A DNA stretch of 64,000 nucleotides from Spirochaetia bacterium. Lineage in GTDB: Bacteria > Spirochaetota > Spirochaetia > CADAEX01. The stretch covers positions 67,611 through 131,610 of the forward strand of contig JAZURI010000009.1 of NCBI GenBank assembly GCA_045606105.1, given 5' to 3'. The notes under the pieces are model-generated. The model searched no databases. It was not told where the DNA came from and saw only the letters and a program-made list of their open reading frames with translations. Every line of letters starts with the position of its first letter. Positions within the stretch are counted from its first letter, which is position 1. A program made the position numbers and the translations under genes. This document shows positions 10,107-20,049 of this stretch, piece by piece.

Positions 10107-11030
10107 ATGAGTGATGAAATTTCAGAAGATATTGTTCTTGATGAAGAACAGGAAATAAACGAAAACCCGGATATAGATTTTCCGGAAAGGCTTATAAAGG
10201 TACGTTTTGTCCATTTCAATGAGACAGAGTACTGTGAATATCCGGCCGATATGGAGCTTTCCAACCGGGATTATGTGGTGGCAGACGGAAAGTACGGCAA
10301 GGACCTGGCTATGGTCAAGGGAGATGTCTACATGGTTTCCGAAAAGGGTAAGCCAAAGCATGTAAGGGAAATCTACTCCATAGTCCGCAAGGCCACAGAG
10401 GCCGACCTTGAAAAATATCGTGAGAATACCGAAAGGGAAAAGGATGCCTTCAGGATCTGTGCCGAAAAGATTGCGGATCACAAGCTGGACATGAAGCTGG
10501 TATCAGCCCATTACCTTCTGGATGAGCCGAAGGTGATGTTCTTCTTTACCGCCGACAACCGTATCGACTTCAGGGCTCTGGTAAAGGACCTGGTGGTGGT
10601 GTTCCGTGTCAGGATCGAGCTCCGGCAGATCGGTGTAAGGGATGAGGCCATGGTAACAGGAGGACTCGGTGTCTGCGGCAGGGATTACTGCTGTCACGGC
10701 ATTACCGACAAGCTCAGGACCGTTTCCATAAAAATGGCCAAGGATCAGAATCTTTCTCTCAATTCCATGAAGATTTCGGGTGCCTGCGGCAGGCTTCTCT
10801 GCTGTCTTGCCTATGAATACGACTTCTATGCCGAGGAAAGAAAAAAATATCCCAACGAGGGAAGCCGTGTGGTTTACGAGGATAAATTCTACAAGGTTAC
10901 CGAGAACAATGTACTGACAAAGACCGTGAAAATCACGGCTGCAGACGGGGCCGGCTTTGTGATGCCGCTTTCCGGTTTTGTTTTCGATTCTGAGAAGAGA
11001 GTATGGCGCGTAACCGAAGAGCCTAAATAA
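10107..11030 (+). CDS. yaaT: PSP1 domain protein, RicT/YaaT family
   Basis: FFFTADNRIDFRALVKDL, RIELRQIGVRDEA, CGRDYCC and GACGRLLCCL motifs. Confidence 0.9.
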   Translation: MSDEISEDIVLDEEQEINENPDIDFPERLIKVRFVHFNETEYCEYPADMELSNRDYVVADGKYGKDLAMVKGDVYMVSEKGKPKHVREIYSIVRKATEADLEKYRENTEREKDAFRICAEKIADHKLDMKLVSAHYLLDEPKVMFFFTADNRIDFRALVKDLVVVFRVRIELRQIGVRDEAMVTGGLGVCGRDYCCHGITDKLRTVSIKMAKDQNLSLNSMKISGACGRLLCCLAYEYDFYAEERKKYPNEGSRVVYEDKFYKVTENNVLTKTVKITAADGAGFVMPLSGFVFDSEKRVWRVTEEPK

Positions 11031-11044
11031 TTCAGGCAGTATTA

Positions 11045-11073
11045 TTGACACAAGTCATTGATGTCTTTATATT
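11045..11073 (+). promoter_or_regulatory. sigma70 promoter
   Basis: TTGACA-17 nt-TATATT upstream of the small ORF at 11101. Confidence 0.65.
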
Positions 11074-11100
11074 TACAATATTAATTAATCGGAGGAACAA

Positions 11101-11271
11101 ATGGGACAGGTAAGTAAGAACTCCCGTGTCGGATCATCTACTCATAAGTTTTTCTGCCCATGTGGTGGAGAAATCAAAATGAAGACTGTTTTTGCAACCG
11201 GAAAGAAGAAAAACTTCGCCGAGTGTGAAAAGTGCAAAAGACAGGAACGCAAACCAAGCGATTTCAAATAA
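11101..11271 (+). CDS. 56-aa basic putative zinc-ribbon protein (not in ORF track)
   Basis: GGAGG SD. Translation MGQVSKNSRVGSSTHKFFCPCGGEIKMKTVFATGKKKNFAECEKCKRQERKPSDFK with CxC..CxxC. Confidence 0.8.
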   Translation: MGQVSKNSRVGSSTHKFFCPCGGEIKMKTVFATGKKKNFAECEKCKRQERKPSDFK

Positions 11272-11345
11272 GATCGGTTAAAGTCTTATTGACTATCCGG
11301 TTTTAATTTGCTAAAAACATTTTATTAATATTAAGGAGTAAATCG

Positions 11346-11600
11346 TTGTCAGAAAAAAGGTACAGACAGAGTTTGAAAAGACATCTCAGAAATAAGATGA
11401 CAAAGAGCGAAGTCAAAACTTATATCAAAGATTTTACTGCTGCAGTTAATGGAAATGACAAAGCCGAAGCTGAAAAGGCATTTATTCTTGTTACAAAGAA
11501 AATGGACACAGCTGCCGGAAAAGGCATTTATCACAAGAATACTGTTGCAAGAAAAAAATCAAGATTGGCAAAAAAGCTTAACAAGCTTATCGCCGGCTGA
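11346..11600 (+). CDS. rpsT: 30S ribosomal protein S20 (TTG start)
   Basis: KR.RQS.KR.LRNK..KS.VKT..K and D.AAGKGIYHKNTVARKKSRL; AAGGAG SD. Confidence 0.95.
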   Translation: MSEKRYRQSLKRHLRNKMTKSEVKTYIKDFTAAVNGNDKAEAEKAFILVTKKMDTAAGKGIYHKNTVARKKSRLAKKLNKLIAG

Positions 11601-11644
11601 TTAACGGTAATTAATCCTGGGTTCTATATCGGAGTTATGAAGAA

Positions 11645-11947
11645 ATGAAAGTTACAAAAAATGATGTAGTTGAAAATATCTACGAGGATACAGGATTAAA
11701 AATTACCAAAAAAGATATTCATTTAATCGTTGACAAAGTTTTTGAAGAAATCAAACAGGCTCTTATTGAAGATCAAACTGTAGAATTACGCGGCTTCGGC
11801 ACTTTTGAAGTCAGGACTCGTAAAGGACGGGAAAAAGCCCGCAATCCGAAAACCGGAGAGAAGGTATCGGTTGATGTCCACGGAGCCGCCGTATTTAGAC
11901 CTGGAAAGGAACTTAAAAACAGTGTCTGGTCTATCAGGAAAGCTTAA
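11645..11947 (+). CDS. hup: HU/IHF family DNA-binding protein (Hbb-like)
   Basis: VELRGFGTFEVR.RKGR.KARNPKTGE..FRPGKELK; follows rpsT. Confidence 0.92.
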   Translation: MKVTKNDVVENIYEDTGLKITKKDIHLIVDKVFEEIKQALIEDQTVELRGFGTFEVRTRKGREKARNPKTGEKVSVDVHGAAVFRPGKELKNSVWSIRKA

Positions 11948-13496
11948 AACACCCCTTTTACTTTTATTATCCTCATTTTTATTTGCATTTGCTTTTCCCT
12001 CTTTCATCAATGAAAAAGGTTTTTTTATTCTGGGCTATTTTGCACTTCTGCCCATGTTTGTCGCAATCCGTGACATAAGACTGAAGACAGCTCCCCTGTG
12101 GGGATTCATATACGGGCTTATAACCTATGCCCTTTTCAACTATTGGCTGGGAATTTTCTACCCGCCTGCCATTGTCATCATACCGGCCCTTTATGCGGTT
12201 TATTACTGCGTGCTGTTTCCTCTGCTGAAGGGAGCCGATATGCTGTTCCCGAAATGGGGATTCCTTGTCCAGAGCATTATCTGGATCGGTTACGAATATC
12301 TCCGTACCAAGGGCTTTCTCGGATATCCATACGGTATCCTGGGCTATACCCAGTACTCCTTCCCGGAGCTGGCCAGGGTTGCTGCCGTTACCGGTGTCTG
12401 GGGTGTCTCCATGCTTCTGGTCTTTCCTTCGGCCCTGCTGGCTGCAGTGTTCAGGAATGGCTTTTCCCCTTACAGGCTTCCCATGGTGCTGTACGGAGTC
12501 TGCTTTGCCGCAGCCCTGACCTACGGTATCGCCACAGCCGGTGATTATTCGGAATGCAGAAAGGTAAGGATGGCCCTTATCCAGCAGAACATAGACCCAT
12601 GGAAGGGTGGATTCGATACTTACCGTGAATCCCTTGACCGCCTGAAGAAGCAGAGTCTCAGGGCTGTGGAGGATCCGTCGGGAAAACCGGACATTGTGGT
12701 ATGGTCTGAAACCTCCTTTGTTCCGTCGGTGGACTGGCATACAAGGTACAGGACCAACCGGCAGTATTATGAGCTGGTAAAGGAGCTTACCGATTTCATG
12801 GCAACCCAAGATATCCCTTATGTTCTCGGCAATAACGAAGGGGTCAAGGGGCGTGACAGCAAGGGCTTTGAAACCCGTCTCGACTACAATTCGGCTCTCC
12901 TTTTTGAAAAGGGTGAGATAACAGAGGTCTACAGAAAGATTCATCTTGTTCCGTTTTCGGAGCATTTTCCGTATGAAAAGCAGCTTCCTTTCATTTATAA
13001 ATTCCTGGTGGATTGGGATACCCATTTCTGGGAGAAGGGAACCGAATATACGGTATTTGATGCGGCCGGAATGAAATTTTCCACCCCTATATGCTTTGAG
13101 GACAGCTTCGGCGATCTTTCCAGGGAGTTTGTGCGGCACGGTGCCCAGATGATAGTAAACCTTTCCAATGACGGATGGGCCTACTCGGTTCCTTCGGAGA
13201 TGCAGCATATGGGCATGGCGGTATTCAGGGCCCTTGAAAACAGGCGTACAGTGGTCAGAAGCACCAACAGCGGCATGACATGTATCATTGAACCGTCGGG
13301 AGAAATAGCGGAAATCATAGAGCCTTTTGAGGAAAATTATCTTCTGGGAGATGCACCGGTTTATGACGGATCAACCACCTTTTATACCAGGTTCGGGGAT
13401 TGGTTCGGAATTTCATGTGTCTGGGCAGCTGCGGGATTGATGATTTTGGGAGTCTTAAAAGAATTGACATTAAGGCGGAAGTGTAAGAAAATATGA
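11922..13496 (+). CDS. lnt: apolipoprotein N-acyltransferase; probable GTG start at 11922 overlapping the hup 3' end
   Basis: Multiple TM helices; QQNID, WSET, YRKIHLVPFSE, ICFED, NLSNDGW and RALENRR..RSTNSG motifs. Confidence 0.92.
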   Translation: MSGLSGKLKTPLLLLLSSFLFAFAFPSFINEKGFFILGYFALLPMFVAIRDIRLKTAPLWGFIYGLITYALFNYWLGIFYPPAIVIIPALYAVYYCVLFPLLKGADMLFPKWGFLVQSIIWIGYEYLRTKGFLGYPYGILGYTQYSFPELARVAAVTGVWGVSMLLVFPSALLAAVFRNGFSPYRLPMVLYGVCFAAALTYGIATAGDYSECRKVRMALIQQNIDPWKGGFDTYRESLDRLKKQSLRAVEDPSGKPDIVVWSETSFVPSVDWHTRYRTNRQYYELVKELTDFMATQDIPYVLGNNEGVKGRDSKGFETRLDYNSALLFEKGEITEVYRKIHLVPFSEHFPYEKQLPFIYKFLVDWDTHFWEKGTEYTVFDAAGMKFSTPICFEDSFGDLSREFVRHGAQMIVNLSNDGWAYSVPSEMQHMGMAVFRALENRRTVVRSTNSGMTCIIEPSGEIAEIIEPFEENYLLGDAPVYDGSTTFYTRFGDWFGISCVWAAAGLMILGVLKELTLRRKCKKI

Positions 13497-13918
13497 GTAT
13501 GTTCAGGAACAACAGTGTAAAGGATATTGACCGGACTGCGGCAGCGGTTCTGGGCAGGGAGACAGAGTTCAGGGGAGTTCTCAGATTCAGCCGTTCTCTT
13601 TCCATTCAGGGAAAATTTGAGGGAAGCATAGATTCCACCGGATTTCTTTATGTGGAGCAGGGGGCAGTGGTAAAGGCTGATATCAAGGCAAAATCGGCTG
13701 TGATTTCGGGAAGTGTAACCGGAAACATCCATATTGAGGACCGGCTTGAAATGACCTCCACAGGGCGTGTTGTCGGAGATATTAAGACATCAAAGCTTCA
13801 GATTGCCGACGGAGTTATCTTTGAAGGTAAATGCGAGATGATAAAAAAGGATGCTGAAATAAAGCTTTTTGAAATGACCGGAGAAAAGCTTAAAAACAGC
13901 TGTAAAATTAAAAATTAG
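13493..13918 (+). CDS. bactofilin (second copy)
   Basis: GRETEFRG.L.F...I.G.FEG.I..G.V.GNI..GDI..LQI.DG..FEGKC pattern. Confidence 0.88.
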   Translation: MSMFRNNSVKDIDRTAAAVLGRETEFRGVLRFSRSLSIQGKFEGSIDSTGFLYVEQGAVVKADIKAKSAVISGSVTGNIHIEDRLEMTSTGRVVGDIKTSKLQIADGVIFEGKCEMIKKDAEIKLFEMTGEKLKNSCKIKN

Positions 13919-14071
13919 TCAATTACAGGGGGTTGACTATTGTCGCTTCCTGTGAATAAATAAAAAAAGTAATCAACAAATCAAATAAATCACACAGTTT
14001 ATTAATTTTTTTGAATTTTAAGAAAATAATTTAAATACATTTTTTTTAAAAAAAGGAGTAAATCTCTTTTT

Positions 14072-15523
14072 ATGTTGGAAGAAGAAAAAGTCGCACCGGC
14101 CGCAGAGCCTGAAGCTGCGCCAAAAAAACGGGAACGCCGTGTTGTCCGCAGAAGAGTGAAGGCAGCAGAGCCTGCATCAGCCCCGGCTGAAAACCAGACT
14201 GAACCGGCAGAAGCACCGGCAGAACCGGAAAACAACCAGGAAAGGGCAAAGCTCAGCATAAACGAGCTTATCCAGATGGGGCTTCCTGAGCTCCGTGTCT
14301 TTGCACAGGAGATAAATGTTCCCCAGGAAAACCTCAATACGCTCAAGAAACAGGACCTTATTTTTCAGATTCTGAAGGCCCACACCGCCAGAAACGGAAT
14401 TATCCATGCTTACGGTTCCCTTGAAAGCCTTCCGGAGGGCTTCGGATTTCTCCGCTCTCCTCAGAACAGCTATCTGCCGGGTGCGGACGATATCTATATT
14501 TCCCCTTCTCAGATCAGGCTTTTCAATCTCAAGACCGGAGATATTGTTTCCGGCCAGATCCGTACCCCTAAAGAGGGTGAAAAATATTTTGCCATGCTCC
14601 GTGTGGAAAAGATCAACGGTGATGATCCCATCATTGCCCAGACCAGGGTTCCTTTTGACAACCTGACACCTCTTTTCCCTGACGAAAGAATAAACATGGA
14701 AACCGAATCGGGCGATCCGTGTACCAGGATGATCAATCTTTTCTGTCCTATCGGAAAAGGTCAGAGAGGTCTCATCGTAGCTCCTCCGAGATCGGGAAAG
14801 ACAATCATTCTCCAGAAGATTGCCAATGCCATTACCGAAAATCATCCTGAAATCCATCTTATCCTTCTTCTTATCGATGAAAGACCGGAAGAGGTTACCG
14901 ACATGCGCCGCCATGTAAAGGGAGAGGTTATTGCCTCCACCTTCGATGAGCAGGCCACAAGACATGTACAGGTTGCTGAGATGGTTATTGAAAGAGCCAA
15001 GAGAATGGTGGAGCACAAGAAGGATGTGGTTATCCTGCTGGATTCCATCACCAGGCTTGCCAGGGCATACAACCAGACAGTACCTACATCGGGAAAGATT
15101 CTTTCCGGAGGTGTGGATTCCAACGCACTCCATAAGCCTAAGAGATTCTTCGGTGCCGCCAGAAACATCGAGAACGGCGGAAGCCTTACAATCATTGCCA
15201 CAGCCCTTATTGAAACCGGAAGCCGCATGGACGAGGTTATTTTCGAGGAGTTCAAGGGTACAGGTAACATGGAGATGGACCTGGACAGAAAGATTGCCGA
15301 CAGGAGACTTTATCCTGCCATCAATATCAAGAAATCAGGTACCAGAAGAGAGGATCTCCTCCTGACAGAAGAGGAGCTTAACAAGATCTGGATTCTCCGT
15401 AAGGTCATTAACCCTATGGATGATGTAGAAATTATTGAAATGTTGATTGACAGAATGAAAAAAACAATGAATAATAAAGCATTCTTGAGGTCTATGAATA
15501 CAACAGGTCCTGTGGACCTATAA
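14072..15523 (+). CDS. rho: transcription termination factor Rho
   Basis: [47 protein letters not shown] and [10 protein letters not shown] motifs. Confidence 0.98.
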   Translation: MLEEEKVAPAAEPEAAPKKRERRVVRRRVKAAEPASAPAENQTEPAEAPAEPENNQERAKLSINELIQMGLPELRVFAQEINVPQENLNTLKKQDLIFQILKAHTARNGIIHAYGSLESLPEGFGFLRSPQNSYLPGADDIYISPSQIRLFNLKTGDIVSGQIRTPKEGEKYFAMLRVEKINGDDPIIAQTRVPFDNLTPLFPDERINMETESGDPCTRMINLFCPIGKGQRGLIVAPPRSGKTIILQKIANAITENHPEIHLILLLIDERPEEVTDMRRHVKGEVIASTFDEQATRHVQVAEMVIERAKRMVEHKKDVVILLDSITRLARAYNQTVPTSGKILSGGVDSNALHKPKRFFGAARNIENGGSLTIIATALIETGSRMDEVIFEEFKGTGNMEMDLDRKIADRRLYPAINIKKSGTRREDLLLTEEELNKIWILRKVINPMDDVEIIEMLIDRMKKTMNNKAFLRSMNTTGPVDL

Positions 15524-15542
15524 ATGTGAATTGGAGGAAGTG

Positions 15543-15752
15543 ATGAAAGAAGGTATACATCCTGACTATAAGCCGGCTAAAATTACATGTGCATGTGGAA
15601 ATGTTATTGAGACCGGTTCTTCAGTGGGCGATATCCAGGTTGAAATTTGTTCAGCTTGTCATCCATTTTTTACCGGAAAGGAAAAACTGGTTGATACAGC
15701 CGGAAGAATAGAAAGATTCAACAAGAAATACGGAATCAAAACAAACAACTAA
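15543..15752 (+). CDS. rpmE: 50S ribosomal protein L31 (Zn-binding type)
   Basis: [33 protein letters not shown]; GGAGG SD. Confidence 0.97.
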   Translation: MKEGIHPDYKPAKITCACGNVIETGSSVGDIQVEICSACHPFFTGKEKLVDTAGRIERFNKKYGIKTNN

Positions 15753-15779
15753 GTTATTTCTGACTATTTTTATTCTGTG

Positions 15780-15812
15780 AACACGCCTTTTTCAGGGGGC
15801 GTGTTTTTTTTT
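15780..15812 (+). terminator. intrinsic terminator after rho-rpmE
   Basis: AACACGCC(TTT)/(GGG)GGCGTGTT stem followed by a T-run. Confidence 0.8.
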
Positions 15813-15849
15813 GTTGCATTTCCGTGGAATTGCCCTTATAATATTTTAA

Positions 15850-17001
15850 ATGGAAAGGGTTTTTTCCTTGCACAGACAAGAATTCGGAATCCCTCCTTCT
15901 GTCGTTGCGGAGGCTCCGGGCAGTATCCTACTTATGGGCAACAGTTCAGATTGTGAGCCCGGCCCGGTTATTACGGCCAATTCGGACAAGCGTGTTTCAG
16001 TGGCTGTCTCCTTCCGTAATGATACTTTTCTCCGTTTCAGCTGCCATGAGCTGAAGGAAAGCAAGCACTCCTCCGTAATCAACAACAAATATAAAAAGGA
16101 AGACCGGTGGGCAAATTATGCCAAGGGAATCCTATGCCGTTTTAGCGACAGGGGAGTTGATGTGCCGGGCATGAATATTTCGGTCTGCGGCGAAGTTACG
16201 GAAGGAACCGGAATTTCCTATCCTCTTGCCATATCTGCAGCCACGGCTGTGGGGGTGAACCGTCTTCTGGATCTGGGGCTTGCCGCAGAGGACCTGGCCG
16301 ATATCATTTACCGGTGTGAACAGGCATATATCGGCGAAAGCAATTACGGTTCAACTGTCTACGGCATGCTTGAAGGCAACGACGGATGCTTTACTGCCGC
16401 CGACTTTTCTTCAGGCTATTCCGAATCAATCCCTTTTGAGGATCCTGATGCCAGGATAGTGGTAACCATGGCCAATGTACCTTTTATTTCAGAAATGACA
16501 GGCGGTGCTGAAAAGAAAAAGAATATTTCCAAGGCTGTATCTGTCATTAATGTCAACCGTCTTCTTGCAGACAGAAGGCTGAGAGCCTCCGATATCAGAA
16601 GCCAGCTTGTCTCCTGTTCGGATCAGGTAAGGCGTTATTGTCTCCATCTGGTGGGGGAATACAGAAGGGTGGAGGAGGGTGCAGAGCTTCTCAGGTCAGG
16701 AAGATTCCGTGAATTCGGAAAGCTGCTGAACCGTTCCCATGAGAGCCTCAGGGATAACTTTGAGGTATCATGTCCCGAAATAGACTGGCTGGTAAAAAGG
16801 GCTCAGGAAACAGACGGTGCATATGGGGCAAAGATGCTGGGTGCAGCCTTCGGAGGCAGTACCGTGGCTATAATGAAAAATGATTCAATAGTGAAATACC
16901 GCAGGAGACTTGATGAATACGAAAGGATTTTCGGCTTCAGGACACGGCTCCTTACATGCACCCCTTCCAGAGGTGCAAGAATACTCTATTCAACACACTG
17001 A
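15850..17001 (+). CDS. galK: galactokinase-family (GHMP) protein with degenerate motifs
   Basis: APG, WANYAKG, SHESLRDNFEVSCPEID and GAKMLGAAFGG retained; signature motifs diverged. Confidence 0.75.
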   Translation: MERVFSLHRQEFGIPPSVVAEAPGSILLMGNSSDCEPGPVITANSDKRVSVAVSFRNDTFLRFSCHELKESKHSSVINNKYKKEDRWANYAKGILCRFSDRGVDVPGMNISVCGEVTEGTGISYPLAISAATAVGVNRLLDLGLAAEDLADIIYRCEQAYIGESNYGSTVYGMLEGNDGCFTAADFSSGYSESIPFEDPDARIVVTMANVPFISEMTGGAEKKKNISKAVSVINVNRLLADRRLRASDIRSQLVSCSDQVRRYCLHLVGEYRRVEEGAELLRSGRFREFGKLLNRSHESLRDNFEVSCPEIDWLVKRAQETDGAYGAKMLGAAFGGSTVAIMKNDSIVKYRRRLDEYERIFGFRTRLLTCTPSRGARILYSTH

Positions 17002-17051
17002 TTGACATATGTTTTATTTTTTACGATTATTTACTTCCGGAGGGAAAACCG

Positions 17052-17756
17052 ATGATAAATATTGTATGGGGTTTTAACGGAACCATTGTTCCCATGCTTC
17101 CTTATACAGTTTTCTATGACAGCGACCATATTCTCCTGGATTATCTGATCCAGAACCGGTTTTTCAGCTTTGGTGAAAAGCTTCAGGCTTCCATGCTGCT
17201 GAAGATGGAGGAGAAGGATTTCTGGAGACCGTTCTTCAGAAAAAAGACAGGGAAATTTCTTGAAAAGAAGCCTTCTGCCGTTATCGAGGCAGTTTCCAAG
17301 ATCATAAGTCCCAGAATTCCGGAGGAGAACCTGGAGGTGATGAGAAAGCTTCAGGCTTCGGGATACAACATGTATATTGCCAGCTGCAGTGTGGGAAACA
17401 TAATCAGCCGGACCCTGGAAATGAGAGGTGCCGACAATATTTTCAAGTCTGTATGTGCAAACGATATTACTGTTCAGAGCGGAATGCTATCGGAATATAA
17501 TCCCATTTTTCTCAGGGGAAGGGACAAGATTGCCTGTCTGGAGAAAAATCTGGGGCTGAAAAAGGAAAATACCGTGGTTATCGGCTGCAGCAGGGATGAT
17601 GTTGATATTCTGGACTGGTCAAGATATCCTATTCTCATAGACCAGACAAAAAAGGGCTGGGAGAGGTTCGGAAACAGGAACTATGTTTTCCTGGAATCAT
17701 TTTCCATGATACCCTCCGTAATACACAGCCTTACAGCCAAGGAGCACGGAAATTGA
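17052..17756 (+). CDS. HAD-fold protein with degenerate motif I
   Basis: ATG 17052 after GGAGGG. WGFNGT replaces DxDGT; IASCS, K, and GCSRDD motifs follow. Confidence 0.6.
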   Translation: MINIVWGFNGTIVPMLPYTVFYDSDHILLDYLIQNRFFSFGEKLQASMLLKMEEKDFWRPFFRKKTGKFLEKKPSAVIEAVSKIISPRIPEENLEVMRKLQASGYNMYIASCSVGNIISRTLEMRGADNIFKSVCANDITVQSGMLSEYNPIFLRGRDKIACLEKNLGLKKENTVVIGCSRDDVDILDWSRYPILIDQTKKGWERFGNRNYVFLESFSMIPSVIHSLTAKEHGN

Positions 17757-18682
17757 ATAAACTCATAGTTTTTGATATGGACGGAGTTCTGGTGGATGTT
17801 TCCATGTCCTACAGAAGTGCCACTGTCCTTGCCCCATATATTTTTCTCAGGGAATGCAGAAACAGCAGCCTGCTTCCCGACCCGCTCTTTTCGGTGGAGG
17901 AGCTTTCGGTTCTCAAGGAGCTGGGAGGGCTGAACAACGACTGGGACATGACTCATCGGGTGATATCCCTTCTGCTCAGCGCGGCCGGCACATCGGGAGA
18001 GAAGAAGGAGTGGGACATGGCTCCTCTTGCCTCTTTCCTGAAGCAGACGGAAAGACCACTGGCCGCACTCTGTGAAAGGGGCGTGATGTCAGACCGGGCC
18101 GATGAATACTATACCGGGGATGTGGGCTCGGGAAATATCATAAAGCAGATATTCCAGGAGATATATCTCGGAGCGGGCCTTTTTGAAAAGACCTATGGCA
18201 TGAGGCCGGAATATTATGACGGAGAGGGATTTATCCTTAGGGAAAAGCCTTTTGTAACCCGGGAAATCCTGAACAGGCTCAGCAATAAAGGAAAGCTGGC
18301 CGTAGCTACAGGCCGTCCTCTGGGAGAAGCACTCTTTACATTGGAAATAAACGGATTTGACATGTTTTCCGCAGTCCTTTCCCACGATCACTGTATGGCA
18401 GAAACCGAAAGGGTTTTCAGGGAAACAGGAAAAAGATATTCTTTTTTAAAGCCTTCTCCGTTTATGCTTGACGAAATAGTGAAGCAGTTCGGTGAAGAAA
18501 ACGAGTTAATATATATAGGCGATACCGGGGATGATATGAGAACTGCCGGAAATTCCGCCTATCCCTTCAAGGGAGTCGGCGTTACCTATTCTGCCGCCTG
18601 TGCTGAGGAGGCCGGAAAGAGACTCCGCAGCTGCGGTGCCGATATTATAATAAACAGACCTGAAGAATTGGGGGATTTATGA
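17753..18682 (+). CDS. HAD family hydrolase
   Basis: FDMDGVL, GLNNDWD, ATGRP, KPSP and YIGDTGDD motifs. Confidence 0.85.
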   Translation: MNKLIVFDMDGVLVDVSMSYRSATVLAPYIFLRECRNSSLLPDPLFSVEELSVLKELGGLNNDWDMTHRVISLLLSAAGTSGEKKEWDMAPLASFLKQTERPLAALCERGVMSDRADEYYTGDVGSGNIIKQIFQEIYLGAGLFEKTYGMRPEYYDGEGFILREKPFVTREILNRLSNKGKLAVATGRPLGEALFTLEINGFDMFSAVLSHDHCMAETERVFRETGKRYSFLKPSPFMLDEIVKQFGEENELIYIGDTGDDMRTAGNSAYPFKGVGVTYSAACAEEAGKRLRSCGADIIINRPEELGDL

Positions 18683-20049
18683 ATAAAAAAACAATAATTC
18701 TGCTTTTGATGGCTTTTGCCCTGCTTGTTTCCTGCGGCGGTGAGAAAAAAAGTGATGCCGGAAACCTGACAGCCGAAATGGAGACCCTGATAAAGGAAAA
18801 GCAGGGAGATGACCTTCTGGCGGGATTCATGGAACTGGACCGGAAATATCCGGATCAGCTTATCCTTAAGATAAATATTTCCGGCATGATGCTTGCCAAC
18901 AATGATATCAAGGGGGCAGGGGATTACCTGAAACAGGGGCTTCCTCTGGCAAAGAACTCAAAGGACAACGGCGAGAAGTATGTCTTCTATACAAACATGG
19001 CCCAGTACAGCTTCAAGAACCAGGATCCCAACAAATCCATAGAGTATGCCAACGAGGCTCTGGCTGCCGATAAGAACGACTCCCTGGGGGTACGGCTCAC
19101 CATGGCCAAGGCTTATTCGGAGCTGGGAGACAGCATCAGTGCACTCAAGCTTTTCAAGGATCAGTGGGCAGCCTCCCACAAGAAGTTCTCCGAGGAGGAT
19201 ATGGTATATTTTCTCTACATCCTGGGCAACGAGCCTGACACAGCCGAAAATATCGGAATCGTGGTGGCTATTGCCGATGAGCTTCTTCTCAGGAAACCAA
19301 GCATTTCCGGTACAGGACTGCAGCAGGCACAGGTACTGGAGGAGGCCGGATATATGCTCAGCGCTCTGGTGGCCTCTTTCTCTGAGCTGGACAGAAGCCG
19401 TTTTGTCAGCAAGATGAACGATTTTGATATCTTTGATACCATCGGACAGTTCAAGGAGCATTTCCCTGCCGATTCCCCTTATGCAAAGCTTCTGAAAGGC
19501 TTTACCGCATATGTCAAGGAGGATTTCGATACAGCGGATGAAATCTTTACCTCGGTGACACCTGAAATCGACCTGATATTCTATTCTTATCTCAGATATG
19601 CCGCGGCAGTGAACAGCAGCAGGGCCACACCTGAGCTTTGCCGTGAATTTGCTGCCCTGGAGGAAAGGTTTCCTCTGTTTCAGGGATATTACTACTATCT
19701 CTGGAAAGGCTACAAGAAATGCGGAATGCTGAGTCTGGAAAACGAGGAGCTTCTTGTAAGCTGTATCCTTTCAAATCCGGCTTCCAGGTTCGGTATCGAG
19801 ACAAAGAAGGAGCTGGCATCTCTTCACGGAATCATGAAGAACGGTGAGAATATCCTGCTGAAGGATGAGCTTATGGTTTATTTCATGCGCTTCACCAAGG
19901 AAAAAAAGCCTGAAATCCTGGAGCCTCTGGCCAAGCTTATGGAAATGGAGGACAATATCTTCAAGGCCGATGCGGAGCTTATCCTGAAGGAGGCCGAAAA
20001 GCAGGCCGGTGTAACAGAGTGGCTTGACAAGAGGCTGAACAGAAAATGA
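18679..20049 (+). CDS. putative lipoprotein with TPR-like helical repeats
   Basis: Signal peptide with LLVSC lipobox; alpha-helical repeat pattern. Confidence 0.7.
   Translation: MNKKTIILLLMAFALLVSCGGEKKSDAGNLTAEMETLIKEKQGDDLLAGFMELDRKYPDQLILKINISGMMLANNDIKGAGDYLKQGLPLAKNSKDNGEKYVFYTNMAQYSFKNQDPNKSIEYANEALAADKNDSLGVRLTMAKAYSELGDSISALKLFKDQWAASHKKFSEEDMVYFLYILGNEPDTAENIGIVVAIADELLLRKPSISGTGLQQAQVLEEAGYMLSALVASFSELDRSRFVSKMNDFDIFDTIGQFKEHFPADSPYAKLLKGFTAYVKEDFDTADEIFTSVTPEIDLIFYSYLRYAAAVNSSRATPELCREFAALEERFPLFQGYYYYLWKGYKKCGMLSLENEELLVSCILSNPASRFGIETKKELASLHGIMKNGENILLKDELMVYFMRFTKEKKPEILEPLAKLMEMEDNIFKADAELILKEAEKQAGVTEWLDKRLNRK

Noticed and set aside
11805-11921. N-terminal extension of lnt
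   Set aside because: Lies inside hup in another frame; GTG 11922 is the more plausible start.
11979-13208. 409-aa antisense ORF (also 14177-15133, 42628-43602, 51903-52850, 2142-2966)
   Set aside because: Shadow ORFs opposite well-supported genes, with no recognisable motifs or start signals.
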